Source: Copranaerobaculum intestinale
Lineage (GTDB): Bacteria; Bacillota_I; Bacilli_A; Erysipelotrichales; Erysipelotrichaceae
Direction: 5' to 3'
Assembly (NCBI RefSeq): GCF_009831105.1
Contig: NZ_WUUQ01000002.1
Location: 600,001 to 632,000, forward strand
DNA: 32,000 bases
This document shows positions 18,008 through 27,375 of this stretch, in pieces. Numbering within the stretch: the stretch's first letter is position 1; the number at the start of each line of letters is the position of its first letter. Position numbers and translations under genes: made by a program. The notes beneath the pieces are model-generated. The model did not search any database, was not told where the DNA came from, and saw only the letters and a list, made by a program, of their open reading frames with translations.

Positions 18008-18111
18008 AATGACACACGAATTCCATTAGATGCCTTAACTGATGTAGGTACAAATGTTATGATTAACACACTCATTACAGAAATAGATCGTATGCGATAT
18101 ATTGTTTTCAT
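18004..18111 (-). CDS. unannotated 35-codon sORF with a Sec-signal-peptide-like sequence
   Basis: Translated by hand from the minus strand: MKTIYRIRSISVMSVLIITFVPTSVKASNGIRVSL. The SD AGGAGGAG lies 6 nt before the ATG (18111..18109). Its stop codon overlaps the lipoprotein start as ATGA (18007..18004). It falls below the ORF-track length cut-off. Confidence 0.4.
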   Translation of the reverse strand: MKTIYRIRSISVMSVLIITFVPTSVKASNGIRVSL

Positions 18112-18157
18112 TATGTCTCCTCCTAATAGCTTTTTTCAAGCACTTTTACATGGAATT

Positions 18158-18226
18158 CTATGTATCACAAGAAAACTTAAAATGGGGCAAGATCAACACA
18201 CCCTTTTCTCTATATTGCTTACACAT
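18158..18226 (-). CDS. unannotated 22-codon sORF
   Basis: Translated by hand from the minus strand: MCKQYREKGVLILPHFKFSCDT. The SD AAAGGAGGG lies 6 nt before the ATG (18226..18224). It is on the same strand as, and upstream of, the 35-codon sORF and the lipoprotein gene. Confidence 0.25.
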   Translation of the reverse strand: MCKQYREKGVLILPHFKFSCDT

Positions 18227-18267
18227 TTTCATCCCTCCTTTCACCTAACTGTTCTTCTATATAATAT

Positions 18268-18295
18268 ATTTTATCAGTATATAGAAAAGGGACAA
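18268..18295 (-). promoter_or_regulatory. candidate promoter for the sORF-lipoprotein cassette
   Basis: Minus strand: TTGTCC (18295..18290), a 16-nt spacer, then TAAAAT (18273..18268). The AT-rich context makes false positives likely. Confidence 0.3.
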
Positions 18296-18442
18296 GACTA
18301 TATGCATGAATGGTTGTTTTCACGCATGAATGATCGCTTTTTTTATATGAAATGTTATTTTTTATATCATTTTTCTCAGTAAACTACTATAAAGTATAAA
18401 TCTACTATTTATACGTATAACTGCCTTTCCCTCCCATTAGAA

Positions 18443-18497
18443 AAGATCTCTCCATTCATTTCCAACTTTTTTACGTTATCTACTTTGGAGAGATCTT
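18443..18497 (-). repeat. 11-bp perfect inverted repeat downstream of parC (weak terminator candidate)
   Basis: AAGATCTCTCC (18443-18453) pairs with GGAGAGATCTT (18487-18497) across a 33-nt loop. On the minus strand it is followed only by TTCT, so the U-tract is poor. Confidence 0.3.
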
Positions 18498-18540
18498 ATC
18501 ATTTTAATGTGCTTTTTAGATTTGTTTTCTACCAATCATT

Positions 18541-21033
18541 TTAGATATCAAAATTAATTTCTTCAAACTTTTCCTCATTGGCTTCTTCAATCACCGGGGC
18601 TTCCCGTTTCTCAATATAACGGATACCTTTCAGTAAATAACAGCTGCTGTCAAGTGGCAGCGGAGCACTGAAGGTAGACTCACGGCTCATTAAAGAGAAA
18701 TCCTTTACCTTATATTCATGAAGCTGTTCATTCATAAAGTGGATTTCATCATTGAGATCACCGATTCGAATATCCGTTACCGTGAACGGATTACTTTTTA
18801 CTTTCTTACAGATCATATTTCCCTTTGCAGGTCGATTGGTGATAGATATTTCACTTAGTTTGATCCGTTTGAAAGCATGTTTGTCAGTACCAGCAATCAA
18901 AAACGATCCTTCTTTGTCATAAATCGTCGCGGCACTGATCTCATCTTCCATGAGGTTCATCGCTTTGACACCCTTTGATTTCGGCGCGGTTACCGGAACC
19001 ATCGAGATCGGATAGCGGCTTACATACCCATGACGACTCGCCAATAAAATTTCATCACCGTCATAAGCAAGAAAAGCTCCGACAATTTCATCGCCAGCGG
19101 TTAAATTCATAGCTGTCATCGTTTTATTGTTTCTCGATACTTTAAAATCCGAAACCAAGGTTTTTTTGATCATTCCCAGCTTACTGACGGTTACAATATA
19201 ACCGTAGGTCGCAAAATCTCGAATGACAAAAGCATCACGAATTTTCTCTTCACTGCTCATTTTCACCAGGTTATTGATGTGTGAGCCGATATCCTTCCAC
19301 TTTGCTTCATCTAACTCATATACCGGAACGTATCCATAAGTACCTTGGGTGGTAAAGAACAACAGCTGATCCAAGGTACTGACCTCGCTGTATCCAATCA
19401 GCTCATCACCTTCCTTGAGGGCGGTGCGAAGGTGCTCGCTCGCACTGTAAGAACGCAAGGATACCCGCTTCACATATCCATCACGGGAAACTGTAATCAT
19501 GACCTGTTCCTGATTGATCATCTGTTCTTTTTCAATCACAATTTCTTCAATTTCATGTTCGATGCGGGTCAGTCGCGGCGTTGGAAATTCCGCTTTTACG
19601 GCCTTTAGTTCCTGAATCATCACATTATGCAGAACATGATCATCTGACAGAATATCATTCAATGCCTCGATTTCATTCGCCAGCTGCGTATATTCTTCTT
19701 TCAGCTGCGTAATATCGGTTGAAGACAGACGATACAAGCGCATCGTTACGATTGCTTCTGCCTGCTCATCGCTGAATTGGAACCGTTCCATAATTCGGCG
19801 TTTAGAATCCGCCTTGTCCTTGGAAGCACGAATCAACGCAATAATTTCATCCAAAACGGATATTGCTTTCATCAAGCCTTCTAAAATGTGGCAGCGTTTT
19901 TCTTTCTTATCCAAATCATAACGGGAACGGCGCGTTATCACCTCATAGCGATGGGCAATAAAAGCGTCGAGCATCGCACATAGTCCCATTTGCTCCGGCC
20001 GTTTATTGACAATCGCAACCACGTTATAGTTATACGAAATCTGTAAATCGGTATTCTTATATAAATAATTCAGAATCAATTGTGCATCGACATCTTTTTT
20101 CACATCGATCGCAATTCGTAAACCGGTACGGTCAGATTCATCGCGGACATCCATGATGCCGTCAATACGCTTGTTTAAACGGATATCATCCATTTTCTTG
20201 ACCAGATTGGATTTCACCACTTCATATGGGATTTCGGTTATGATAATCTGCTGATTGGTACGAGTTTCACTGATTTCAGCCTTGGAGCGAATCATGACTC
20301 TGCCCTTGCCGGTCAAAAACGCATCGCGGATGCCATCGATGCCCTGAACGGTTCCTCCAGTGGGAAAATCAGGCCCCTGTATGTATTCCATCAGTTCATC
20401 CAATTCACAATTCGGATTGGTGATGCGATAGATGGTTGCGTCAATTGCTTCATTCAGATTATGCGGCGGAATGTTGGTAGCATATCCTGCCGCAATCCCG
20501 GAAATACCATTGATCAATAAGTGTGGGTAACGGGCCGGCAGCACCGTCGGCTCCATTTCCGTATCATCGAAATTCGGCGCCCACTCGACCGTATCTTTAT
20601 CAATATCCTCCAGCAGATTAGCCGCTATTTTACCAAGTCTGGCCTCGGTATATCGCATAGCCGCTGCTGGATCATCGTCGATCGAACCGTTATTTCCCTG
20701 CATATCAATGAGCGGTTCTCGAATCTTCCACTGCTGGGACATGCGCACCATCGCATCATATACCGAAGTATCCCCATGCGGATGATAGTTACCAATTACC
20801 AGTCCTACCGTTTTCGCAGACTTTCGATAACCCTTTTCAGCGGTGTTACCATCGCGGTACATGGCATATAAGATACGTCGCTGTACCGGTTTTAACCCAT
20901 CACGGGCATCCGGTAAAGCACGATCCTGAATAATATACTTGGAATATCGACCAAAACGGTCACCCATGATATCTTCTAAAGGTGAAGGAATAATATGCTC
21001 ATGCACTTCTTCTTTTACTGTCCGTTTTGCCAT
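18541..21033 (-). CDS. parC: DNA topoisomerase IV subunit A
   Basis: 830 aa with [19 protein letters not shown] (Q rather than the GyrA-type H), YHPHGD and the catalytic [10 protein letters not shown]. It is paired with parE and lies beside plsY, as in other Firmicutes. Its ATG overlaps the parE stop by 1 nt (TAATG). Confidence 0.93.
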   Translation of the reverse strand: MAKRTVKEEVHEHIIPSPLEDIMGDRFGRYSKYIIQDRALPDARDGLKPVQRRILYAMYRDGNTAEKGYRKSAKTVGLVIGNYHPHGDTSVYDAMVRMSQQWKIREPLIDMQGNNGSIDDDPAAAMRYTEARLGKIAANLLEDIDKDTVEWAPNFDDTEMEPTVLPARYPHLLINGISGIAAGYATNIPPHNLNEAIDATIYRITNPNCELDELMEYIQGPDFPTGGTVQGIDGIRDAFLTGKGRVMIRSKAEISETRTNQQIIITEIPYEVVKSNLVKKMDDIRLNKRIDGIMDVRDESDRTGLRIAIDVKKDVDAQLILNYLYKNTDLQISYNYNVVAIVNKRPEQMGLCAMLDAFIAHRYEVITRRSRYDLDKKEKRCHILEGLMKAISVLDEIIALIRASKDKADSKRRIMERFQFSDEQAEAIVTMRLYRLSSTDITQLKEEYTQLANEIEALNDILSDDHVLHNVMIQELKAVKAEFPTPRLTRIEHEIEEIVIEKEQMINQEQVMITVSRDGYVKRVSLRSYSASEHLRTALKEGDELIGYSEVSTLDQLLFFTTQGTYGYVPVYELDEAKWKDIGSHINNLVKMSSEEKIRDAFVIRDFATYGYIVTVSKLGMIKKTLVSDFKVSRNNKTMTAMNLTAGDEIVGAFLAYDGDEILLASRHGYVSRYPISMVPVTAPKSKGVKAMNLMEDEISAATIYDKEGSFLIAGTDKHAFKRIKLSEISITNRPAKGNMICKKVKSNPFTVTDIRIGDLNDEIHFMNEQLHEYKVKDFSLMSRESTFSAPLPLDSSCYLLKGIRYIEKREAPVIEEANEEKFEEINFDI

Positions 21034-22964
21034 TATCGCTTCACCTCCATAATAAAGCTATCCTCCAGAGTGAACGATACATTATCTTCGATCCAATCAC
21101 GACGGACATCCGCCTTATCACCCATCAGCACCGATACCCGGCGTTCTGCTGTCATCGCATCATCAATATTCACCTGAATCAGCGTTCGGGTCTCCGGATT
21201 CATCGTCGTTTCCCACAACTGATCTGCATTCATTTCACCTAAACCTTTGTAACGCTGTAAGCGAAAGCCCTTAGGAAAGGTTTTGCGCACTTCGTCGAGC
21301 TCCTCATCCGTCCAGGCATACTGAATCTGCCCGCCTTTTTCCAGCTTATAAAGCGGCGGCAGCGCAATGTATACCATGCCCGCTTCAATGAGTCCCCGCA
21401 TATAACGGTAAAAAAAGGTAAGCAGCAGGGTCTGAATATGGGCGCCGTCAGTATCGGCATCGGTCATGATGATCACCTTATGATAGTTGGCATCCTCTGC
21501 CTGAAAGCTGGCCCCAACCCCGGCTCCCAATGCATGGATCAGCGTATTCAACTCTTCATTTTTTTCGATACTGGCAAGACTGGCTTTTTCGGTATTCAGC
21601 ACTTTACCGCGCAGCGGCAGGATGGCCTGATAACGGCTGTCTCTTCCCTGTTTCGCACTGCCGCCGGCAGAATCACCTTCGACCAGATATAATTCTTTTT
21701 TACGTGCGTCCTTCGATTGAGCGCTTGCCAGCTTGCCGGACAGAATCTTCTCACTCTTTCCTTTTGATTTTCCCTTGCGGGCATCCTCACGGGCCTTGCG
21801 CGCTGCTTCTCTGGCCTGAAAAGCTCGGGACATTTTCTTAATCAGGGTCGTGGAAAGCTCTTTGTTCTCCTCCAGATAAAAATTCAATTTTTCAGTCAGC
21901 AGACTTTCCACCGCCGTTTTCGCTTCACTGGTTCCCAGCTTGCCTTTGGTCTGTCCCTCAAACTGAAGCAGATGTTCCGGTACGCCCAGCGACAATACAA
22001 TGGTTAAGCCTTCCCGGACATCGCTGCCGTCAAAATTCTTATCCTTTTCCTTTAAGAGACCATTGCGGCGGGCAAAATCGTTAAAAACTTTAGTGAAAGC
22101 ACTGCGGGCACCGATTTCATGCGTACCGCCGTCTTTGGTTCTTACCATATTTACAAAGGAAAACATATTCTCCTGATATTCATCGGTATACTGAAACGCG
22201 CAGTCCACCTTAATATCATTGATAATACCACTGAAGGATACCGGCTTATGAAAAACCTGCTTATCCTCATGCAAATATTCGATAAAGGCTTCCAAACCAT
22301 TTTCATAACAAAATGTTTCTTCCCGCTCTTTATCCTTGCGTTCATCTTTCAAAATCAGCCGCAGCCCCTTTAATAGAAAAGCATCTTCGCGGGCTCGTTC
22401 AGCAATCATGGAATAGGAAAATTTCGTTGTGCTGAAAATTCGATCATCCGGAAGGAAACGAACCTTACTTCCAGTTTTGCTCGTTTTGCCCAGCTCCTGC
22501 AGCTTGCCAATTTTCTTTCCGCCGTCTTCAAAGCGCATCTGATACATCTTTCCAGCAATGCACACGGTAACCTCTACCCATCGTGAAAGTGCATTCACTA
22601 CGCTGGCACCAACGCCATGCAGTCCTCCGCTGGTCTTATAGCCGCCCTCACTTGAGAACTTGCCGCCGGCATGCAGAACCGTAAAAATAACCTGCAGCGT
22701 ACTTACTCCGCTGGCATGCTTGGCTACCGGCATTCCCCGTCCTTCATCCTCGACACAGAGCACACCATCCTTTTCAATGGTTATCTTAATCGTATCGCCA
22801 TGTCCGTTCAATGCCTCATCAATGGAATTATCTACAATTTCCCACACCAAATGATGCAGTCCCCTGCTATCGGTACTTCCAATATACATGCCGGGACGCT
22901 TACGAACCGCCTCTAATCCATCCAGAATCTGTATACTACTCGCATCATACGCTTTTTCAGCCAT
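21033..22964 (-). CDS. parE: DNA topoisomerase IV subunit B
   Basis: Track ORF 21033..23021. I place the start at ATG 22964 (MAEKAYDASSIQILDGLEAVRKRPGMYIGS) because GGAG lies 7 nt upstream. It has the GHKL ATPase motif (HHLVWEIVDNSIDE) and Toprim motifs (LVEGDSAGGSAKQGRD, DADTDGAHI). Confidence 0.93.
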   Translation of the reverse strand: MAEKAYDASSIQILDGLEAVRKRPGMYIGSTDSRGLHHLVWEIVDNSIDEALNGHGDTIKITIEKDGVLCVEDEGRGMPVAKHASGVSTLQVIFTVLHAGGKFSSEGGYKTSGGLHGVGASVVNALSRWVEVTVCIAGKMYQMRFEDGGKKIGKLQELGKTSKTGSKVRFLPDDRIFSTTKFSYSMIAERAREDAFLLKGLRLILKDERKDKEREETFCYENGLEAFIEYLHEDKQVFHKPVSFSGIINDIKVDCAFQYTDEYQENMFSFVNMVRTKDGGTHEIGARSAFTKVFNDFARRNGLLKEKDKNFDGSDVREGLTIVLSLGVPEHLLQFEGQTKGKLGTSEAKTAVESLLTEKLNFYLEENKELSTTLIKKMSRAFQAREAARKAREDARKGKSKGKSEKILSGKLASAQSKDARKKELYLVEGDSAGGSAKQGRDSRYQAILPLRGKVLNTEKASLASIEKNEELNTLIHALGAGVGASFQAEDANYHKVIIMTDADTDGAHIQTLLLTFFYRYMRGLIEAGMVYIALPPLYKLEKGGQIQYAWTDEELDEVRKTFPKGFRLQRYKGLGEMNADQLWETTMNPETRTLIQVNIDDAMTAERRVSVLMGDKADVRRDWIEDNVSFTLEDSFIMEVKR

Positions 22965-23098
22965 ACCATCACTCCAATTAATCACTCTTATTATTTTACC
23001 AAAACTGATTTTTTTAATCAATCAAAATTCCAAACGGTTCTAAAACTCTTTTTTCTTCCTTCGAAAAATGGTAAAATAAACCCACAGGAGTGATATTT

Positions 23099-23698
23099 AT
23101 GTATTTTATTTACGCAATAGTAATCGGTTATTTATTAGGCTCCATTCCTTTTGCTTTAGTAATCGGAAAAGTCTTTTACCATACGGATGTCAGAGAATTC
23201 GGATCAGGCAATCTGGGGGGCAGCAATGCCGGCCGCGTGCTCGGCAAAAAGGCCGCAATCGCAACCATCACTTTAGATGTTTTAAAGGTTGTAGCGGCAG
23301 TAGCTATCAGCGCCCAGTTTGATGCGGCAGCCTCCATTTGGGCAGGGCTTGCGGCAGCAATCGGACACTGTTATCCGCTGTTTGCCGGATTTCGCGGCGG
23401 CAAAGCCGTGGCAACCATGTTCGGATTTTTACTGTCAACGGCCATATTCACCTTTCAAAGCGCCTGGTACGTGGTAATTCCTTTCTTGTTTTTTCTCGCT
23501 GTGCTGAAGCTTTCAAAAATGGTTTCCCTATCCAGCATGGTCGCCGCCGTTTCCAGTACGGTCTATATTCTCATCATGCAGCATGATCCGGCTATTACCG
23601 CTGCATCACTGCTGTTAACCCTTCTGGTAATTTATCGGCATCGTGCCAACATCGCGCGAATCCGCTCACATACGGAAAATAAGATCACATGGATGTAA
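23099..23698 (+). CDS. plsY: glycerol-3-phosphate acyltransferase PlsY
   Basis: The track ORF starts at GTG 23090. The ATG at 23099 has AGGAG 8 nt upstream. GYLLGSIPFALVIGK and GSGNLGGSNAGR are PlsY signatures. An extended -10 (TGgTAAAAT, 23069-23077) lies upstream. Confidence 0.92.
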   Translation: MYFIYAIVIGYLLGSIPFALVIGKVFYHTDVREFGSGNLGGSNAGRVLGKKAAIATITLDVLKVVAAVAISAQFDAAASIWAGLAAAIGHCYPLFAGFRGGKAVATMFGFLLSTAIFTFQSAWYVVIPFLFFLAVLKLSKMVSLSSMVAAVSSTVYILIMQHDPAITAASLLLTLLVIYRHRANIARIRSHTENKITWM

Positions 23699-24336
23699 AG
23701 CATCGTACTGATATGATGCCGGTTCGCATCGCCTTTTTTCTGATTGGTCTGATCCTGATTTCTTTCGGCATCAGCGTCAGTATCATTTCCAACTTTGGAG
23801 TTGGCGGATGGGATGCTTTCAATATCGGTCTCAAATATCATTTTGGATTTACAATCGGCACATGGATGAATGTCTGTGCTGCCTGCTTTATTTTAATGGG
23901 TGGAATTTTGCGTCAAGAGCGTCCCCGCTTCGAAACGTTTATCACATCGATTGTGATCGGTATCAGTGTAGATGTATGGATGATGATTTTCAAGCCGCTG
24001 CAGATCCATGACATTACCTATCAGTTTCTCGTCTTCATGAGTGCTATTGTCATTATCTCCGTCGGTGCAGGAATCTATCTGGTCAGCGAACTGCCGCCCA
24101 ATCCCATTGATTACTTTATGCTGAGTCTATGCCAACGCTTCCACATCAGTATAACCAAAGCAAAAATATGCAGTGAATCATTAGGCTTGCTGCTCGGTTT
24201 TCTAAGCGGCGGACCGATCGGCCTTGGCTCCGTCATTATGATTCTCTGCTTCGGACCGGCCATTGATTTTTGTTTTCGAATCGCTGAACGCTACTATATA
24301 ATGCTTACCAAAAAACGTCAGTTACAAAACGATTGA
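23689..24336 (+). CDS. YczE-like (COG2364) polytopic membrane protein
   Basis: 215 aa. FFLIGLILISFGISVSI..NFGVGGWDAFNIGL matches my recollection of the YczE/YitT-like N-terminal pattern. The start is uncertain: ATG 23689 overlaps the plsY end by 10 nt, and ATG 23713/23716 is the alternative. Neither has a clear SD. Confidence 0.6.
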   Translation: MDVKHRTDMMPVRIAFFLIGLILISFGISVSIISNFGVGGWDAFNIGLKYHFGFTIGTWMNVCAACFILMGGILRQERPRFETFITSIVIGISVDVWMMIFKPLQIHDITYQFLVFMSAIVIISVGAGIYLVSELPPNPIDYFMLSLCQRFHISITKAKICSESLGLLLGFLSGGPIGLGSVIMILCFGPAIDFCFRIAERYYIMLTKKRQLQND

Positions 24337-24346
24337 CGTTTTTTTA
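24311..24346 (+). terminator. intrinsic terminator after the yczE-like gene
   Basis: AAAAACGTCA (24311-24320) pairs with TGACGTTTTT (24334-24343), followed by more T. It overlaps the 3' end of the CDS. Confidence 0.6.
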
Positions 24347-24389
24347 TGGATCTTACAAATGGTTTCCTTTATATTAAAAAATTGTAAGA

Positions 24390-24416
24390 TTGATTCTCTG
24401 TATAAGCTGTTATAAT
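24390..24416 (+). promoter_or_regulatory. candidate extended -10 promoter for the P-type ATPase
   Basis: TTGATT (24390-24395), a 15-nt spacer ending in TGT, then TATAAT (24411-24416). Confidence 0.45.
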
Positions 24417-24441
24417 AATGGTAAAGAGAGGAATGTCGGCT

Positions 24442-26799
24442 ATGGATAAACACACACATACACGAATTAACGCAGATTGTCAGCAGGGACTTTCATCCGG
24501 ACAAGTGGCAAAGCGCAAAGCGGAGGGTCTCTATAATGAACAGACTGTACAAACCACAAAAAGTTATCAGGATATTATCAAGGGGAATGTTTTCACCTTA
24601 TTCAATCTGATCAATGCAATTTTAGCCGGTCTGATTATTTTTGTCGGCTCTTATAAAAATTTATTGTTTTTAGGAGTGATTATATCCAATATCGTTATCG
24701 GTATCTTTCAGGAAATACGGGCAAAGCGGACATTGGATAAGCTGTCCCTGATCACCTCGACCCAAATTCATGTTATTCGCGATGGTATGGATCAAGCTGT
24801 GCATATTGAAGATCTGGTGCTGGATGACATCATGAAGCTGGCCAGCGGCGATCAGATATGCAGTGATGCGGTTGTTTTAGAAGGCCGTCTTGAGGTAAAT
24901 GAATCTCTGATAAACGGGGAATCCGATATCATTACCAAAGAGCCCGGCGACTTTCTTTACTCCGGCAGCTTTGTCATTTCCGGCAATGCGGCAGCTCGCG
25001 TGGAGCATGTCGGCAAGGAGAACTTTTCCTACACGATCATGTCTGATGCCAAAACGATGCGCCGCCACCCTTCTCAGCTGCGTGATGCGATCAATTATAT
25101 CCTAAAAATCATAAGCATCATCATATTTCCGCTCGGTATCCTGCTGTTTGCCAAACAATATTTTATCTCACATTACACGATGGCACAGGCAATCGTAAGC
25201 ACAACCGGTGCCTTGATCGGAATGATTCCAGAAGGCTTGGTGCTGTTAACCAGCGTTGCATTAGCGGTCGGTACCATCAATCTTGCGAAACGCAAGACCT
25301 TGGTTCAGGAGCTATACTGCATTGAAACCTTGGCTCGTGTTGATACACTATGTCTTGATAAAACCGGTACCCTGACCCAAGGAAAAATGGTTTTGGAAGA
25401 AATAATTTCACTCGGTGAGGAACCGATAGCAGAAATATTACAAAATATTGGATACTACCTGAAGGATGACAATTCCACCTTTCATGCAATCCGTGAAAAA
25501 TACGGTGTCTCCTCTACCTACCGAATGTTGGAAACTCTACCCTTTTCCAGCGTAAGAAAGGTCAGCGGGGTTACTTTTGAAAATTACGGAACCTATATCT
25601 TAGGTGCTTATGAATTTATGCATGTACCCAAGAATCCTGTCTTGGAAAAGCAGATCAAGCAATACGCAGCAGGCGGCAGCCGTGTGCTGACCCTGGCCCA
25701 CAGCTGCCAGGCAATTCATAATACCGATATTCCAAAGGATTTAGAGCCAATTGCATTCTTATTACTGAGTGACCCAATTCGGCCTGAAACAAAGGATACA
25801 CTTGATTATTTCAAGCGCCAGGGAGTAGATTTAAAAATCATTTCTGGTGATAATCCGATAACTGTGCAGGCCATTGCTCAAAAGGCAGGCATGGAAAACT
25901 GTACATCAATCGACGCCAGTACCCTGGAAGAATCAGATATTGCGGATGCCATGAAACGATTTAACGTATTTGGCCGTGTATCACCGCAGCAGAAAAAAGC
26001 GATGGTCCTTGCGCTTCAAAAGGATAAACATATTGTTGCCATGTCAGGAGACGGAGTAAATGATGTATTGGCTTTAAAAGAAGCTGATTGTTCAATCGCC
26101 GTAGCGGGGGGCAGCGAGGCGGCAAAAAACGTTGCGAACTTGGTTCTGCTGGATGCCAATTTTGCCAATCTTCCGCATATTGTACTGGAAGGCCGTCGGG
26201 TCATCAACAATATCCAGCGGGCGGCTTCCCTATTTTTGGTAAAAACCACCTTCTCAACGGTTTTGGCTTTGGTAACACTCTTTTTAAACAGTCTATATCC
26301 ATTTATGCCAATTCAGCTTACCCTAATCTCAACTCTGACTATCGGTATTCCTTCCTTCTTTCTGGCACTGGAACCAAACCATAATCGGGTAAAGGGAAAC
26401 TTTTTGATCAATGTCATGTCGCGGGCCATACCCGGTGCAATTACTGTGCTTGCCAGTATCTTAGCAGTTAATATTTTCGCTGCGGTATTCCACTATCCGG
26501 AATCAGTAAAATCAACGCTCAGCGTTATTTTGACCGGTGTGAGCGGCCTCTGTGTATTGCGTCGGGTATGCGATCCATTTACTAAAAAACGCGCACTGAT
26601 CTTTTACAGCATGATGTGCTTATTCATTGGATGTGTCTGCCTGTTCCCTGATATTTTCTCTCTTGTAAGGCTGGATCTCTTCACCTTTCTATGCTTGCTG
26701 GGAGGAATTATCGTTGTTCCGATCTTTATGGATGTTCTGCATCGCTTCTTTAACTCCTTTAAGAAAATCAATGCGATACTTGAGAATGCAACCAAGTAG
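24442..26799 (+). CDS. cation-translocating P-type ATPase (P2-like, substrate unknown)
   Basis: Track ORF 24418..26799. The ATG at 24442 (MDKHTH...) follows AGAGAGG. Motifs present are the phosphorylation site CLDKTGTLT, the TM4 IPEGL motif and the hinge GDGVNDVLALKEAD. There are about 10 TM segments. Confidence 0.9.
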   Translation: MDKHTHTRINADCQQGLSSGQVAKRKAEGLYNEQTVQTTKSYQDIIKGNVFTLFNLINAILAGLIIFVGSYKNLLFLGVIISNIVIGIFQEIRAKRTLDKLSLITSTQIHVIRDGMDQAVHIEDLVLDDIMKLASGDQICSDAVVLEGRLEVNESLINGESDIITKEPGDFLYSGSFVISGNAAARVEHVGKENFSYTIMSDAKTMRRHPSQLRDAINYILKIISIIIFPLGILLFAKQYFISHYTMAQAIVSTTGALIGMIPEGLVLLTSVALAVGTINLAKRKTLVQELYCIETLARVDTLCLDKTGTLTQGKMVLEEIISLGEEPIAEILQNIGYYLKDDNSTFHAIREKYGVSSTYRMLETLPFSSVRKVSGVTFENYGTYILGAYEFMHVPKNPVLEKQIKQYAAGGSRVLTLAHSCQAIHNTDIPKDLEPIAFLLLSDPIRPETKDTLDYFKRQGVDLKIISGDNPITVQAIAQKAGMENCTSIDASTLEESDIADAMKRFNVFGRVSPQQKKAMVLALQKDKHIVAMSGDGVNDVLALKEADCSIAVAGGSEAAKNVANLVLLDANFANLPHIVLEGRRVINNIQRAASLFLVKTTFSTVLALVTLFLNSLYPFMPIQLTLISTLTIGIPSFFLALEPNHNRVKGNFLINVMSRAIPGAITVLASILAVNIFAAVFHYPESVKSTLSVILTGVSGLCVLRRVCDPFTKKRALIFYSMMCLFIGCVCLFPDIFSLVRLDLFTFLCLLGGIIVVPIFMDVLHRFFNSFKKINAILENATK

Positions 26800-26827
26800 G
26801 TAAAACAAAATTTCAAACTCATTTAAG

Positions 26828-26867
26828 GGCCGTTACCTACCTTATTTCAGGTAACGGCCTTTTCTTT
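26828..26867 (+). terminator. intrinsic terminator of the ATPase gene
   Basis: Perfect 11-bp stem GGCCGTTACCT/AGGTAACGGCC with a 10-nt loop, followed by TTTTCTTT. Confidence 0.85.
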
Positions 26868-26973
26868 ATCCTGAATCATCCATTTTTAGTTTTTTATGCA
26901 AATACAATCTTACAAGACCTATATGTAAGCAACAATTACAGCATTCATACGATTGCTGCGTCCTGTCCGATGC

Positions 26974-27004
26974 AAAAAAAAGCAGCCGACATACTGTCAG
27001 ATGC
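26974..27004 (-). terminator. intrinsic terminator after rbfA
   Basis: Minus strand: GCATCTGAC-AGTAT-GTCGGCTGC, 9 positions with one mismatch and one G-U pair, followed by 8 T. Confidence 0.7.
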
Positions 27005-27012
27005 TTTTTCGC

Positions 27013-27357
27013 TTATTCACCTTTATGCATATCCCGGATAATCGCTTCAATATGATTACCGCGGTCCAAAGAATGATCAATTTTGAATTTCAGTTCTGGA
27101 ACCTTTCGGATCGTCATGCGTTTCGCCAACTCACTGCGAATAAAGCCTTTGCTTCTCTCCAATGCTTTCATCCCGGCATCGGCACGCTCTTCCTTTCCAA
27201 GAAAGGACACAAAGATCGTTGCAATGGACAAATCTCCGGTGACACTTACATCAGTGATTGTGATAAAACCGATTTTGGGGTCTTTCAGCGTAAACTGAAT
27301 GATCTCTGAAACATTCTTCTGAATGATACCGGCGATTTTATCTTTTTTCATCGTCAT
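27013..27357 (-). CDS. rbfA: 30S ribosome-binding factor RbfA
   Basis: Track ORF 27013..27366. The ATG at 27357 has GGAG 8 nt upstream. ITITDVSVTGDLSIATIFVSFLG is the typical RbfA KH-like core. It follows infB. Confidence 0.92.
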   Translation of the reverse strand: MTMKKDKIAGIIQKNVSEIIQFTLKDPKIGFITITDVSVTGDLSIATIFVSFLGKEERADAGMKALERSKGFIRSELAKRMTIRKVPELKFKIDHSLDRGNHIEAIIRDMHKGE

Positions 27358-27375
27358 GTGAATCACTCCTATATC

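Noticed and set aside
17984-18382. 132-aa plus-strand ORF filling the parC-lipoprotein intergenic region
   Set aside because: It has no SD, begins inside the lipoprotein gene on the opposite strand, and has an odd F/Y/H/I-rich composition typical of a random ORF in AT-rich DNA. The opposite strand carries two SD-preceded sORFs that explain the region better.
18381-18420. Direct repeat CTACTAT x2 and the TATACGTATA palindrome upstream of the sORF cassette
   Set aside because: These are short, AT-rich motifs expected by chance in this composition, and there is no third copy or regulator gene.
18436-18486. 10-codon ORF (MGGKGSYTYK) following the GGAGAG arm of the inverted repeat
   Set aside because: The SD-like sequence is part of the hairpin arm, the spacing is long (10 nt) and the peptide is too short to evaluate.
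22965-23021. N-terminal extensions in the ORF track (parE here; also DUF421 9556-9639, ruvA 12841-12873, comN-like 7533-7580, rimP 31961-31978, infB 29233-29256, ATPase 24418-24441)
   Set aside because: In each case a downstream ATG has a proper SD and reproduces the canonical family N-terminus. The extensions are just open frame upstream of the true start.
26953-27309. 118-aa plus-strand ORF, and the 71-aa ORF at 27083..27298
   Set aside because: They are antisense to rbfA and span its terminator. Neither has an SD.
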